Assembly: GCA_965140785.1 (NCBI GenBank)
Contig: OZ223517.1
Span: 17,484-81,483 of the forward strand
Reading direction: 5' to 3'
From: an uncultured Ruficoccus sp.
Lineage (GTDB): Bacteria; Verrucomicrobiota; Verrucomicrobiia; Opitutales; Cerasicoccaceae
Length of the DNA: 64,000 bases
Shown here: positions 19,266 to 30,417 of the stretch, piece after piece
Position numbering within the stretch: position 1 is the first letter of the stretch
Layout: every line of letters starts with the position of its first letter
The notes under the pieces: generated by a model
What the model saw: the letters and a program-made list of their open reading frames with translations, nothing else
Told to the model about the DNA's origin: nothing
Database searches by the model: none
Translations under genes and position numbers: made by a program

Positions 19266-20384
19266 GTGAAGTGGTTGAGAAAAATTAAGAGCATACGGGC
19301 CTATGACCGGCTCTACGGGCGCATCCCTACGGCTGCCGTCGAGAAAGAATACGCCCGCATCATCTTCAAACCCGACCGTTTGGGCGATCTTGTTCTGTCC
19401 TCGGGCAGTATCCGGGCCGCTGCCGCCGGCTTACCGCCGGAGCGTTGCCTGCTCATTGTCTCCGAAGTAGCCGCTCCGCTGGCCGACATGCTATTCCCGG
19501 AGTTTCCCCAACTGACCATCCCCTTCGACTGTCGCCCGCGCAAAGAGCACGAAAAGACGGCTCGCGTGCGCGACCTGCTCAGCGCGGTCGCCTGCGACGA
19601 ACTGGTCTGCCTGCGCCACCAACGCAGCGATTTCTTTTCCCTGTGCCTGAGCTGGATACGGGCCAGCCATACCTATGCCCTGGCCCTGGCCCCCAGTCCA
19701 GATGAAGACTGGCTGCGCCGCCGCGAGGACGAGCGGCTCTCGCCCCTGACCTTCACCGCTCCCGAGCCCCCCACTCAACCCGTGGAGATTCACCGGCACT
19801 TCGCCGTGCTCTCACAGCTTTCTCCCTGCCCGGCAAGCGCGGATGCGCTGCTGCCTCAGCTCCCAACTCCAAGCGAGACCGACGATACCCTGATCGTATC
19901 TCCGCTGGGCTCCCAGCCAATCCGGGACATCCCGCCCGAGTTGCTGCTCAAGCTGCTGGCTCCGTTTGAAAAAAAACGTATCGGGCGCGCTCTGCTTTGC
20001 GGAGGCCCCCCCCAGGAGGCGAAACTTACCGAACTGGCGGCACGCTTGCGCCGCGAACGTCCGGACCTGCTTTTCGAGGTCTCGTCTTCGGCACCACTGA
20101 AAACATTTGTCCAGCAAGTCGCCCAGGCGAATGCGGTAATCAGCACCGACACAGTGACCGCTCACCTGGCTACGGCGATGGACAAACGCGCCTTCATTGT
20201 GCTCGCCGGAGGCCAGTACGGGCAGTGGGGACCCTGGAAACGGTCCGAGCGGCAGGTCTGGCTCACGCATCCGCTCCCCTGCTTTCACTGCGACTGGAAC
20301 TGCCCCTTCCCGGTCCCCCGCTGCATCCACGAAATCGACGTCGGCGCCTTCGCCGAGCCGATGCGCCGGAGCCTGGAAGCCTGA
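19266..20384 (+). CDS. GT9 family (heptosyltransferase-like) glycosyltransferase
   Basis: PDRLGDLVL, ISTDTVTAHLATAM, Cys-rich C-terminus. Confidence 0.85.
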   Translation: MKWLRKIKSIRAYDRLYGRIPTAAVEKEYARIIFKPDRLGDLVLSSGSIRAAAAGLPPERCLLIVSEVAAPLADMLFPEFPQLTIPFDCRPRKEHEKTARVRDLLSAVACDELVCLRHQRSDFFSLCLSWIRASHTYALALAPSPDEDWLRRREDERLSPLTFTAPEPPTQPVEIHRHFAVLSQLSPCPASADALLPQLPTPSETDDTLIVSPLGSQPIRDIPPELLLKLLAPFEKKRIGRALLCGGPPQEAKLTELAARLRRERPDLLFEVSSSAPLKTFVQQVAQANAVISTDTVTAHLATAMDKRAFIVLAGGQYGQWGPWKRSERQVWLTHPLPCFHCDWNCPFPVPRCIHEIDVGAFAEPMRRSLEA

Positions 20385-20433
20385 ACGAACTGGAAGATAC
20401 AGCACTCGTTGGCGGGCGGAAACAGATCGCCTA

Positions 20434-21264
20434 CTAGCCGCCCCGCAGGTCCTGGCGGACCTTCAGGCAGGGGCGCTCGACGGTGTGCGACTCCAGCTTG
20501 CCCGCGCGGAACTGCTCGTACCGCACCGGCTCGGGCCGGTAGCCCCCGGCCAGCCACTTGCGCAGGCGGAAGCGGTGCTTGGCCAGCTTGATAGGCAGGG
20601 ACTTGCGGTCGATGTCGGCCAACGCGTCCTCGGAAGAGGTCTTGCCCTCGGAGCTGCTCAGGTTGTCCGCGTGCCAGGTGAAAATCCCGATCGGCTCGCG
20701 CACGGCGGCGAGCTTCATGCCGCGCTCCATCTGGTGGCGGAACCAGACATGGTCGGCCACCAGGCGGTAGGAAGTGTCGTAGGGCTCGCGCTCCCAGCAG
20801 CGCCGCCGGTACAGCAGCGAGACGGACTGCACCGGCATGTGCCAGTGCGTGTCGATGACCCGCGGCACCACGACCTGCTTGAAGAGTTGGATAAACTCCC
20901 CCTCGGCATCGACCATCACGGTCGGGCTGAACACCGCGTCGAGCGCCGCGTCCGACTCGAACAGCTCCAGCGCTGCCCGCAGGCCCGCCCGGTTGTACTG
21001 CTCGTCGGTGTTGAGGTGGCCGATGATGTCCCCGTCGGCGCGCGAGACGGCCTTGTTCAGCGCCTCGTACATGCCCCCGTCGGGCTCGGAAATCCAATTC
21101 AGGTCCGGCTGGGCCCGCAAATAATCCACGGTGCCGTCGGTGCTGCCGCCGTCGGCAATGACGTGCTCGAAATCGAGCCCTTCCAGCGCGTGGCGCACCG
21201 AGGCCACCGCGTCGGGCAGGTAGCGCAGGCTGTTGAAACAGGGAGTGACGACGCTGAACTTCAT
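20434..21264 (-). CDS. GT2 family glycosyltransferase
   Basis: SVVTPCFN, ADGGSTDGT, EPDGGMYEALNK, LNTDE. Confidence 0.92.
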   Translation of the reverse strand: MKFSVVTPCFNSLRYLPDAVASVRHALEGLDFEHVIADGGSTDGTVDYLRAQPDLNWISEPDGGMYEALNKAVSRADGDIIGHLNTDEQYNRAGLRAALELFESDAALDAVFSPTVMVDAEGEFIQLFKQVVVPRVIDTHWHMPVQSVSLLYRRRCWEREPYDTSYRLVADHVWFRHQMERGMKLAAVREPIGIFTWHADNLSSSEGKTSSEDALADIDRKSLPIKLAKHRFRLRKWLAGGYRPEPVRYEQFRAGKLESHTVERPCLKVRQDLRGG

Positions 21265-22307
21265 CCTGCGGCCAGCGCCTCCCGCGCCTTGTCCAGCATG
21301 GCGTCCACACTGATGCCTTGCAGGCCCTGCTCGCTGGCCTCACCGATTACCTGCCAGTGCTTGTCGCCAGCGGGCATCCATTCGACCAGGTTCTCGTACT
21401 GGCGGAACCAGGTAAAGGTCGGCGTGCCCACCATGAAGGCCAGGTTCATCGCCCCGGAGTCTCCGCCCAGGTGCAGCCGGGCTCCGGCGATGACGGCGGC
21501 CACCTCCAGCAGGGACAAGTCCCCGGCAAAGGCCCGCCACGGCTCGAACTCCAGCCCGTCCAGCAGCGTCCGAAACCGCCCAAGCTCGCGTTCGCTGGGC
21601 GCGCAGGAGAGGACGAGCTTACGCGCCGGCTCGGCCTCGTGGAGGCGGTTCAGAAAATCCGTCAGCAGCGGCAGGGGCAGCTCCTTGGTGTCGAGGGTGG
21701 TAAAGGGGCTGACGTGCAGGTACTCGCCCGGCTCGCCCAGCTTCTGCGCCACACGCTGACGCAGCTCGTCGGGGATTTCCACCCCGAAGCCCTCGTTGAA
21801 CGGCGGGAAGCCCGCCCGGTCCAGGCACTGGCAGCGGGCGCGATAGACGGGCATCTTGCCGTGCGCGACGCTGACCCAGTCCGTGTAGCACCATTTCCAG
21901 AACATCGGCACCTTCGGCGGCACCCGCCCCAGGCGGTGAGGGGCGCGGCTGAAGGCGGTCAGGATGCTGGAGCGATCCGAGCCGTTGAGGTTGATGACGG
22001 CGTCGTAGTGGGTCCGGCGCAGTTGCCGCACGCGGGGCAGGTCGCGGACCAGGTTTTCCGACTTGGGAAAGCGCGGGTAGCCCAGCACCTGGTCGATCCA
22101 GGGGGTGAGCTGGAGGATTTCCTTGATGTGGTCGGCCACCATGACGTGCAGCTCGGCCTCAGGAAGTGCTTGCCTGATACGGTGGCAGGCCGGTATCAGT
22201 TGAACCGTGTCTCCGAGAAAGCCCAGATCCAGCACCAGCACCTTGCGCGCCTCGCGGATCTTTTCATAAAAAACTCCCGCCCCCGGGCTGTCAGAAACGA
22301 TATTCAC
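21261..22307 (-). CDS. GT9 family glycosyltransferase
   Basis: LGFLGDTV, GGDSGAMNLA; start uncertain (GTG at 22307 avoids overlap with the divergent gene). Confidence 0.85.
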   Translation of the reverse strand: MNIVSDSPGAGVFYEKIREARKVLVLDLGFLGDTVQLIPACHRIRQALPEAELHVMVADHIKEILQLTPWIDQVLGYPRFPKSENLVRDLPRVRQLRRTHYDAVINLNGSDRSSILTAFSRAPHRLGRVPPKVPMFWKWCYTDWVSVAHGKMPVYRARCQCLDRAGFPPFNEGFGVEIPDELRQRVAQKLGEPGEYLHVSPFTTLDTKELPLPLLTDFLNRLHEAEPARKLVLSCAPSERELGRFRTLLDGLEFEPWRAFAGDLSLLEVAAVIAGARLHLGGDSGAMNLAFMVGTPTFTWFRQYENLVEWMPAGDKHWQVIGEASEQGLQGISVDAMLDKAREALAAG

Positions 22308-22308
22308 T

Positions 22309-23343
22309 GTGAAGAAGCTGAGGATTCTCGCCATCAAGTTCAAGTTTCTTGGTGACGTAATAATTATGCTGCCAGCCCTGCGCATGATCCGGCGTCATTG
22401 GCCGGAGGCCGAGCTGCACGTGCTGGTAGCCGACGAGGCCGCCCCCTTCCTCCAGCGCCTGGACTGGATCGACCGCGTCTGGTCCTTCCCCCGCACCCGG
22501 GGAAAAATCCGCCTCGGCGACAGCTGGCCGAAGATCCGTGAGCTGCGCCGCCAGCAGTTTGACCGCTCGGTGGACTTCGTCGGCAACGACCGCGGCGCCA
22601 TCCTCAGCCGCCTCATCGGGGCAAGCGAACGCCTCGGGGTGAGCGCCCCCAAGGGCTTTGCCGGGCGCAAGTGGTGCTACACCACCACGGTGGAGGAACT
22701 AGACCTGACCCGCCATGAGGTCGTGCGCGACGCCCATGTGCTCAGCGGCTGGGAAGTGCCTTTCCTACCCGAGGAAACCGTGGCCCGCCTGGCCCCGCCC
22801 CCTCCCGACCCGGAGGCGGAAAACCTCCTGCCCGCACCCCGGCCGGACTCGCCACAGGCCGGAACCGTCCTGTGCCACCTCTCCACCAGCCAGCCGAAAA
22901 AGGAATGGCCCGCCGCCCGCTGGGCCGAGCTGGGCCAAAAGCTGGCCGCAGCCGGCCACGCCGTCGCCTTCACTGCCGGGCCGACCGAACGCGAGCAGGC
23001 CCTCCTGCAAGCCCTGCGCGAGGCCGACCCGCAGGCCAAGGTCTTGCCCCGCTTCTCCACGCTGGACGCCTTCATCGCCGCCGTGGCCCGCGCCCGGCTC
23101 TTTATTTCGCCCGATACCGCCCCGCTTCACCTGGCCGCCGGGCTCGGCGTACCCACGCTGGGGCTCTTCGGCCCGACCGCCTCCAGCCGCTGGGCTCCGC
23201 TGGGCGAGCGCAACCGCCACCTCCAGGGCGGCCTCTGCCCCTGCTCGGGGCACCTGCACACCTGCGCCCAGCCCGAACGCTGCCTGGACAGTATTTCGGT
23301 CGCTCACGTCCATGAAACCGCGCTGGAGATGCTCGCCTCATGA
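22309..23343 (+). CDS. GT9 family glycosyltransferase
   Basis: KFLGDVII, KEWP, SPDTAPLHLAAGLGVPTLGLFGPT. Confidence 0.92.
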   Translation: MKKLRILAIKFKFLGDVIIMLPALRMIRRHWPEAELHVLVADEAAPFLQRLDWIDRVWSFPRTRGKIRLGDSWPKIRELRRQQFDRSVDFVGNDRGAILSRLIGASERLGVSAPKGFAGRKWCYTTTVEELDLTRHEVVRDAHVLSGWEVPFLPEETVARLAPPPPDPEAENLLPAPRPDSPQAGTVLCHLSTSQPKKEWPAARWAELGQKLAAAGHAVAFTAGPTEREQALLQALREADPQAKVLPRFSTLDAFIAAVARARLFISPDTAPLHLAAGLGVPTLGLFGPTASSRWAPLGERNRHLQGGLCPCSGHLHTCAQPERCLDSISVAHVHETALEMLAS

Positions 23344-24140
23344 CCGCCCTTCCCTCAAAAAAGCTCCCCCTGAGCGTGTGCGTGATCGCCCACAACGAAG
23401 CCGAACGCATCCGGCGCTGCCTCGACAGCATAAAGCCCCTGGCCGACGAGATCGTGCTGGTTTACAACGACTGCACCGACGGCACCGAAGCCATCGCCCG
23501 CGACGAGTACGGGGCGACGATTTTTGCAGAAACCTGGCACGGCCACCGCGACCAGAAGGCTATCGCCCTGGCCAAGGCCACCCGCCCCTGGGTGCTGTGC
23601 ATCGATGCCGACGAGGTGCTCTCGCAGGAGCTGGCCGCCTCCATCCGGGCCTTTGTCGAGGCCGACGACCCGGCCTTCGCCGGGGCGATGTTCCCGCGCA
23701 AGGTGTGGTTCCTCGGGCGCTGGATCACCCACGGAGACTGGTACCCGGACACCAGCCTGCGCCTCCTGCGCAACGGCAAAGGCCGCTGGGGCGGCTCCCG
23801 TGAGCACGACAAGATCCTCCTCGACGGCCCGGCGAAAAAGCTCGCGGGCGACCTGCTGCACTTCAGCTTCCGCGACCTCAACCACCAGGCGAGCAAGATC
23901 ACCTACTTCGCCGACATCTTCGTCGAGCGCAAGGCGGCCAAGACCAAGCGTTGGCGCACCTTTCCGGTCGTCTTCCGCTCCTTCTGGCGCTTTTTCCGCG
24001 CCTACTTTATCCGCCGGGGCTTCCTCGACGGTTTCCCCGGTTTCTACATCGCGTTTTTCCAGGCCTTCGCCACCTTTTACCGCTACGCGCGGATTTATGA
24101 GACGAAGTTCGTGCGCCACCCGAACCCGCCCCATGAGTAA
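23340..24140 (+). CDS. GT2 family glycosyltransferase (LPS core glucosyltransferase-like)
   Basis: LSVCVIAHNE, WVLCIDADE, WYPD, GFLDGFPG. Confidence 0.92.
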   Translation: MTALPSKKLPLSVCVIAHNEAERIRRCLDSIKPLADEIVLVYNDCTDGTEAIARDEYGATIFAETWHGHRDQKAIALAKATRPWVLCIDADEVLSQELAASIRAFVEADDPAFAGAMFPRKVWFLGRWITHGDWYPDTSLRLLRNGKGRWGGSREHDKILLDGPAKKLAGDLLHFSFRDLNHQASKITYFADIFVERKAAKTKRWRTFPVVFRSFWRFFRAYFIRRGFLDGFPGFYIAFFQAFATFYRYARIYETKFVRHPNPPHE

Positions 24141-25299
24141 ACTTTCCGGCAAAAAAATCCTCTTTTACGAACCGCGCACCGAGGGGCACCACATGCTCTG
24201 GACCGGCCTCATCGTCGAGGCCCTGGCCGACAAGGGCTACGCCGTCACCGTGGCCGCCGACCTGCGCGACAACAAGGCCCTCACCATCCTGACCGAGAAG
24301 CACCCGCGGATAGCCGAGCGCAGCCGCTTCATCAGCCTGTACGGCCCGAATGGCGAGTTGCACGGGGGTGACGCCATGGCCGCCCTCGTCCACGCCTACG
24401 AGGAGGTCCGGCCCGAGGCGGTCTTCGTCAACAGCCTGGACGAGTTCGGCTCGCGCCTGCTGCGCAAGGCCACCTTCGGCGGCAACCCGCTCAAAAGCAT
24501 CCGCTGCGGCCTCTCGGGTATCTACCACCGCCCGCGCTTCCTGGAGCCGGGCCTGAGCCCGCGTAACCTGAGCAAGAAGCTCGGCTTCGCCCGGCTCGAC
24601 CGCGCCGGGATGTTTCGGCACGTTTTTTTGCTCGATGACACCCTCATTGGCCGCCCGGCGCTGGAGAAGCTCCGCACGCACTTTCACTATTGCCCGTGCC
24701 CGGCGGAGGGGGAGTTCACCGCACCCCGCCAGGAGGCCCGCGCCCGGCTCGGCCTGCCCGACGACGTGCCTGTACTGCTACACTACGGCCTCGGCGCTCG
24801 CCGCAAAGGCCTGCACCTGTTGCTCAAGGCCCTGGAAAAGCTGCCTGCCTCGCTCGATTACCGGCTCGTGGTGGCCGGACGCCAACCCGCCGACGCCGAG
24901 TGGCTGCCCGCGCTTGAGCGCCTGGAAAAATCCGGCAAGGGCAAGGTGCTTAACTACTACATCTCCAGCCAGGAGGAGGCCGACTGCCTGCGCGCCGCCG
25001 ACCTGGTGACCATCCCGTACCTCGGCCACTACGGCGTGGCCAACCTGCTCTCCCAGTCCGCCCTGGCCGAGCGCCCCGTGCTGGCCAGCGACCACCACCT
25101 GATCGGCAAAACCGTCGAAAACCACCGCCTCGGCTTCACTTTCAAGGATCAGGACGAGGCCGACCTGCGCCGCGTCCTGAGCGAGGTTTTAACCGACTTC
25201 CCAGCCTGGCGCGAACGCTTCACGCCCCAACTGCAAGCCTACGCCCGGCTGGTCAGCGTGGAAAACTTCCGCGCCGTCATCCAGTCGGTCGATTATTGA
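24133..25299 (+). CDS. GT4 family glycosyltransferase
   Basis: EPRTEGHH, GARRKGLHLL, ADLVTIPY, PVLASD. Confidence 0.85.
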   Translation: MSKLSGKKILFYEPRTEGHHMLWTGLIVEALADKGYAVTVAADLRDNKALTILTEKHPRIAERSRFISLYGPNGELHGGDAMAALVHAYEEVRPEAVFVNSLDEFGSRLLRKATFGGNPLKSIRCGLSGIYHRPRFLEPGLSPRNLSKKLGFARLDRAGMFRHVFLLDDTLIGRPALEKLRTHFHYCPCPAEGEFTAPRQEARARLGLPDDVPVLLHYGLGARRKGLHLLLKALEKLPASLDYRLVVAGRQPADAEWLPALERLEKSGKGKVLNYYISSQEEADCLRAADLVTIPYLGHYGVANLLSQSALAERPVLASDHHLIGKTVENHRLGFTFKDQDEADLRRVLSEVLTDFPAWRERFTPQLQAYARLVSVENFRAVIQSVDY

Positions 25300-25379
25300 G
25301 CCTCATAACAAAAACGGTAAATTCAAAGTCATCCTGACCTGATGCTCTTTAACAGGAAGGGCGGGAAGTCCGCAAAAAT

Positions 25380-25410
25380 ATCCGTGTTTCATCCGCGTTC
25401 ATCCGTGGCT
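25380..25410. repeat. Short tandem repeat ATCCG(T/C)GTT(T)C x3
   Basis: ATCCGTGTTTC-ATCCGCGTTC-ATCCGTGGCT. Confidence 0.5.
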
Positions 25411-25531
25411 AACTCTTTTATTTTATCTGCTGAAAGATGGTACGATTGTGCGACGGGCTTTTCCCCAGAACAACCTCGTGGGCTTCCTGTCTTAGGCGAG
25501 AGCTTCGTGACCCAATCGACTTTATAAGACC

Positions 25532-26269
25532 ATGACGACGAACCCCTTTGCTGGCATCCGCGCGGTCACCTTCGACGTGGCCGGGACGCTGCTGGTCCCC
25601 CACCCCTCGGTGGGCGAGCTCTACGCCCGCGCCTTGCAGAAGTTCGGAGGCCGCGCTGAGCCGGACGAGATTCAGCAGCGCTTCGGGCGGGCCTTCAAGC
25701 AGGTCAATGCCGGACCGCGCGGCGGCATTCTCGACCGCCCCGGCTGGCACGAAATCGTCGAGCTGACCTTCGCGGGCCTGTGCCCGCCGGAAAAGGTGGA
25801 TGACCTCTTCGAGGCGCTCTGGGAGGGCTTCGCACGGGCTGAGAGCTGGCGGGTACTGCCCGGCACGCGCGAGCTGCTGACCGCGCTGCGCGGCCACGAC
25901 TACAAGCTCGGCATCCTCTCCAACAACGACGAGCGCCTACGCCGCCTGCTCGCCGCGCTGCAGCTGGACGCCACCTTCGACGCCCTCATCCTCTCAGCCG
26001 AGGTCGGGGCGGGCAAGCCCGACCGGGCGATGTTCGAAGCGGCTGAGCAGGCCCTCGGCGAGGAGCCCGAGCACCTGCTCCACATCGGCGACACTCCGCA
26101 TGAGGATATCGCCGGGGCCCTGGCGGCGGGCTGGCGGGCGATCCAGATCGGCGAGCGACTTTTCCCGTCCGACAAACCAGGGCCGGAAACGAACGACACC
26201 AGCGAGCTTCCGGCCAACCTGTGGCGCGTGAAAGATTTGGGCGAACTCGCCGATTGCCTTGCAGACTAA
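25532..26269 (+). CDS. HAD-IA family hydrolase
   Basis: FDVAGTL, LSNND, KPD, HIGDTPHEDIAGA. Confidence 0.92.
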   Translation: MTTNPFAGIRAVTFDVAGTLLVPHPSVGELYARALQKFGGRAEPDEIQQRFGRAFKQVNAGPRGGILDRPGWHEIVELTFAGLCPPEKVDDLFEALWEGFARAESWRVLPGTRELLTALRGHDYKLGILSNNDERLRRLLAALQLDATFDALILSAEVGAGKPDRAMFEAAEQALGEEPEHLLHIGDTPHEDIAGALAAGWRAIQIGERLFPSDKPGPETNDTSELPANLWRVKDLGELADCLAD

Positions 26270-26281
26270 GGCAAAAGCTAC

Positions 26282-26662
26282 TTGGTTGGAGACATGCACT
26301 TCCGGCGCGATGTCGAAAACCTGATTGCGACCCTGCGGGGGCTTCCCGCCAATCGCAGTCGCGCCAAACTGCGGAACACGACCAACCTCGACAACCTGGT
26401 CGAGGTGATCTTCGAGCGCCACCAGATCGGCAAAGACAACATCGAGGATGTCGTCATGGCCCACTGGAAGGAGATCGTGGGCGAGCGTACCGCCCACCGC
26501 TGCCGCCCGCAACGCCTGGTGCAGGGCCGCAAGCTGATCATCCTCGCCGGCAGCCCCGTCATCCGGCAGGAGTTGCAGTTCAACCAGAACCGCATCCTGC
26601 GCAAGCTCCACGCCCTGCCCGGCTGCCACACCATCAACGAGGTCGTCATCCTCAACGGCTGA
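26282..26662 (+). CDS. dciA: DciA/DUF721 family protein
   Basis: HWKEIVGE...A...P......LII...SPVIRQELQF...IL KH-like signature; start may be ATG at 26294. Confidence 0.75.
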   Translation: MVGDMHFRRDVENLIATLRGLPANRSRAKLRNTTNLDNLVEVIFERHQIGKDNIEDVVMAHWKEIVGERTAHRCRPQRLVQGRKLIILAGSPVIRQELQFNQNRILRKLHALPGCHTINEVVILNG

Positions 26663-27126
26663 CCCGGGCATGTCCTGGACCCTCGGTGCTTCGCACCGGG
26701 ATGCCTTTGTTGGGACAAAGGTATGATCTGTCGCCAGCAGTCCCATCTCCCGGCGGCGAACCGCAACCGGCTTGCATTACATAAAAATAGCTAATAAGGA
26801 CTAAAATTACAGCTAAGTATGCCGATATACAGGTAGCGCGCAGTCGGAGTTCCGAAAGCCGCGCATCTACCCCTCACCCCTGATAATCACAATCCCCCAT
26901 AGCACACCGCATACCAACTAGGTTAATGGGAATCTCGCCAGTGCGTCCTAGCCGCTTCGGTTAATTCGTATCTGGCAAGCGGGCCGTAAGCACGCATACG
27001 GCCCGCTCCCGCGCTACCGGCTTTAAACCGGTCACCTGTAAACTAGCGTGCACGCCGCTCCACAGGCGTATTTACGCGATAAGTAAAATACACCCGAAAC
27101 GGCCGCCGCATCACCCCACACCGCAC

Positions 27127-28752
27127 TTAGCGGGAGGACTTCCTCGTCGCCTTTTTCACGGCGGGAGGTTGCTTGACGCGGTTGAGATTTTTCAGCATCC
27201 CGTAGGCGATAAAAAGTAGGATGACTGCGAAAGGCAGCCCCGTGGCAATGGACGCCGTCTGCAAGGCAGTCAGGGCATGCTCGCCACCGACCAGCAGCAG
27301 GACCGCGGCCACCGCCCCCTCTGTCACCGCCCAGAAGATGCGCTGACGCACGGGCGGATCGGTGTGCCCGCCGGCGGTGATGATGTCGATCACCAGCGAG
27401 CCGCTGTCCGAGGAGGTGACGAAAAACAGCACGATCACCCCCACCGCGATGACGGACACGACCTTGACGAACGGGTAGCTCTTCAGCAGTTCGAACAGAG
27501 CGGTCGCCACGTTGGTATTGACCGCTTCGGCCAAGGCCGTGTTGCCGTTCAGAAGTTCGAAGAGGGCGGCGTTGCCGAAGACGCTCAGCCAGAGGAAAGT
27601 CAGTGCCGTGGGCACAAAGAGCACGCCGAGCGTGAACTCCCGCACCGTGCGCCCCCGCGAAATACGCGCGATGAACATCCCCACAAACGGCGACCAGGCG
27701 ATCCACCAAGCCCAGTAAAAAATGGTCCAGCCCTCGCGCCAGCCGTCACTCTGATAGGTATCCATCCAGGTGCTCAGTTCGAGCAAATGCTCCCCGTAAG
27801 CGCCCAGATTCTGAACGAAGCCGTCGAAGAAAAAGACCGTTGGCCCGACAAAGATAATGAACAGCATCAGGCCCAGTGCGAGCAGCATGTTGATCTCGCT
27901 CAGGCGGCGGATGCCGACCTCCAGCCCAGAGACCACGCTCAGGGTGGCCAAAGCCGTGATGATGGCAATGAGCACCGCCTGCATGCCGGGGCTCTGCTCC
28001 AGCCCGAAGGCGTAGTTAAGCCCCGCGTTGACCTGCTTGACACCAAAGCCGAGCGAGGTGGCCACACCGAAAAGCGTCGCCACGCTGGCCACGATATCGA
28101 CCAAGTTCCCCCACGGGCCGTCAACCCGCTTGCCCAGCAGCGGGTACAGGGTTGAACGGATGGTCAGCGGCAGCCCCTTGTTATAGGCATAATAGGCCAG
28201 AGCCAGCCCCATCATCGCGTAGATCCCCCAGGCGTGCAGCCCCCAGTGGAAGTACGTCACCGCCATGGCCATATTGGCCGCGCGGGCCGAGTTGGCCGGG
28301 ATGCCCTCCAGCGGCGGGTTCTGGAAGTGGATGACCGGTTCGGCCACCGACCAGAAAACCAGGCCGATGCCCATCCCCGCGCTGAAAAGCATGGCCATCC
28401 AGGCCGTATAGCCGAAGTCCGGACGGGCCTGCTTCCCCCCCAGGCGGATGTCACCCCGCTTGGAGAAGATGAAGTACAGACACACCACCACGAAGGCGTT
28501 GACGACCAGGATGAAGAACCAGTCAAAGGCCCGCGCCAGCGTGTTCTTCAGGATATCGAACCCGGTCAGCGCCTGCTCGCGAAAAAGCAGCGAGCCCACC
28601 ACGAACAGGATGATGAGTGCGGCCGAAACGATGAAGACAGTCGGATGAAACGAGCTGTCTTCCTTCTTAAGCGGGTAGGTATTATCCGTCAGTTCAGCCG
28701 GAGGCTCCAGCGTGGTCAGGCTTTCTTTTTCTGGTAACTCAGAATTCCCCAT
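27127..28752 (-). CDS. BCCT family betaine/choline/carnitine transporter
   Basis: WMAMLFSAGMGIGLVFWSVAEP, FHWGLHAW, WTIFYWAWWIAWSPFVGMFIARISRGRTVREF. Confidence 0.97.
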   Translation of the reverse strand: MGNSELPEKESLTTLEPPAELTDNTYPLKKEDSSFHPTVFIVSAALIILFVVGSLLFREQALTGFDILKNTLARAFDWFFILVVNAFVVVCLYFIFSKRGDIRLGGKQARPDFGYTAWMAMLFSAGMGIGLVFWSVAEPVIHFQNPPLEGIPANSARAANMAMAVTYFHWGLHAWGIYAMMGLALAYYAYNKGLPLTIRSTLYPLLGKRVDGPWGNLVDIVASVATLFGVATSLGFGVKQVNAGLNYAFGLEQSPGMQAVLIAIITALATLSVVSGLEVGIRRLSEINMLLALGLMLFIIFVGPTVFFFDGFVQNLGAYGEHLLELSTWMDTYQSDGWREGWTIFYWAWWIAWSPFVGMFIARISRGRTVREFTLGVLFVPTALTFLWLSVFGNAALFELLNGNTALAEAVNTNVATALFELLKSYPFVKVVSVIAVGVIVLFFVTSSDSGSLVIDIITAGGHTDPPVRQRIFWAVTEGAVAAVLLLVGGEHALTALQTASIATGLPFAVILLFIAYGMLKNLNRVKQPPAVKKATRKSSR

Positions 28753-29542
28753 GTCAACAGGCCAGCTTTGCCGGCGTCAATCCAGTGGCGTAAACCACGT
28801 TTCATATTAGCGATATACTCAGAATTAATGGTGGCAGCAAGCTCCTGCTCGCGCTGTTCCAGATTGTCGAGCACGGCCTGATAATGGTTGGGAAGCTGCT
28901 CACTGCAACCCTCGAAACCGACCTTTTCCCAGCCGAGTTCCTCAGCGTAGCGGTCGTAGTCGGCCACTGAGCCCATCGTTTCCAGATGAATGCGGTCCAG
29001 CACGGGCTGTAGCTGCGTCGTGTCCACCCCGCCCTTTTGCATCGGGTCGGTGAAGACGAAGCGCCCGCCGGGCTTGAGGATGCGGTCCACTTCCTTAAAG
29101 ACCTGGAAACGGTCGCCGCTGTGCAGGATCGCGTCCTGCGACCAGACAATGTCGGCCAGGTTCTCGTCGAACGGCATGGCCTCGAAGTTGCCGTCCACCA
29201 CGTCGATCAGGGCCGACAGGGTCTGCTTCTCGTTCATCTGGCGGTTGCGCATGTTCTGCACGCCGCTCAGATTGAGGCAAAAGACGCGGTAGCCGTTTTC
29301 GCGGGCCAGGTAGCGGGCGGCCCCACCGTAGCCGGCGCCGATGTCCACCACCGTGCTCCCGGCGGCGAAGTCGCTCAGCTTCGCGGCCATGCGCTCGACG
29401 GTGCGTCGGCTGGCCTCGAAGATCGACTCTTCCTGACGCAGGTAGGTCCCGATGTGGATGTCCTCCCCACCCCAGATACGGTAGTAAAACTCGTCCGCGT
29501 CCTTGCTGTCGTAGTACTGTTCGGTTTTTTCAACAACTTGAC

Positions 29543-29546
<4 letters not shown>
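28716..29546 (-). CDS. sdmt: Sarcosine/dimethylglycine N-methyltransferase
   Basis: YYDSKDADEFYYRIWGGEDIHIG, DIGAGYGGAARYLA, WSQDAILHS, FTDPMQ. Confidence 0.9.
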
Positions 29547-30367
<821 letters not shown>

Positions 30368-30417
30368 AAATTCCTCTGTTTTAGTCGTTAATGTTCCCGC
30401 CCCGCGGCAGGATCGGT

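Noticed and set aside
20197..21759. 520-aa plus-strand ORF
   Set aside because: Antisense to clear GT2 and GT9 genes.
23524..24132. N-terminal extension of the GT4 ORF
   Set aside because: Overlaps the GT2 gene in another frame; the real start is ATG 24133.
26900..26960. Possible self-cleaving ribozyme (TTAAT...GTCCTAGCC)
   Set aside because: Only fragmentary resemblance to twister motifs; the required pairings could not be built.
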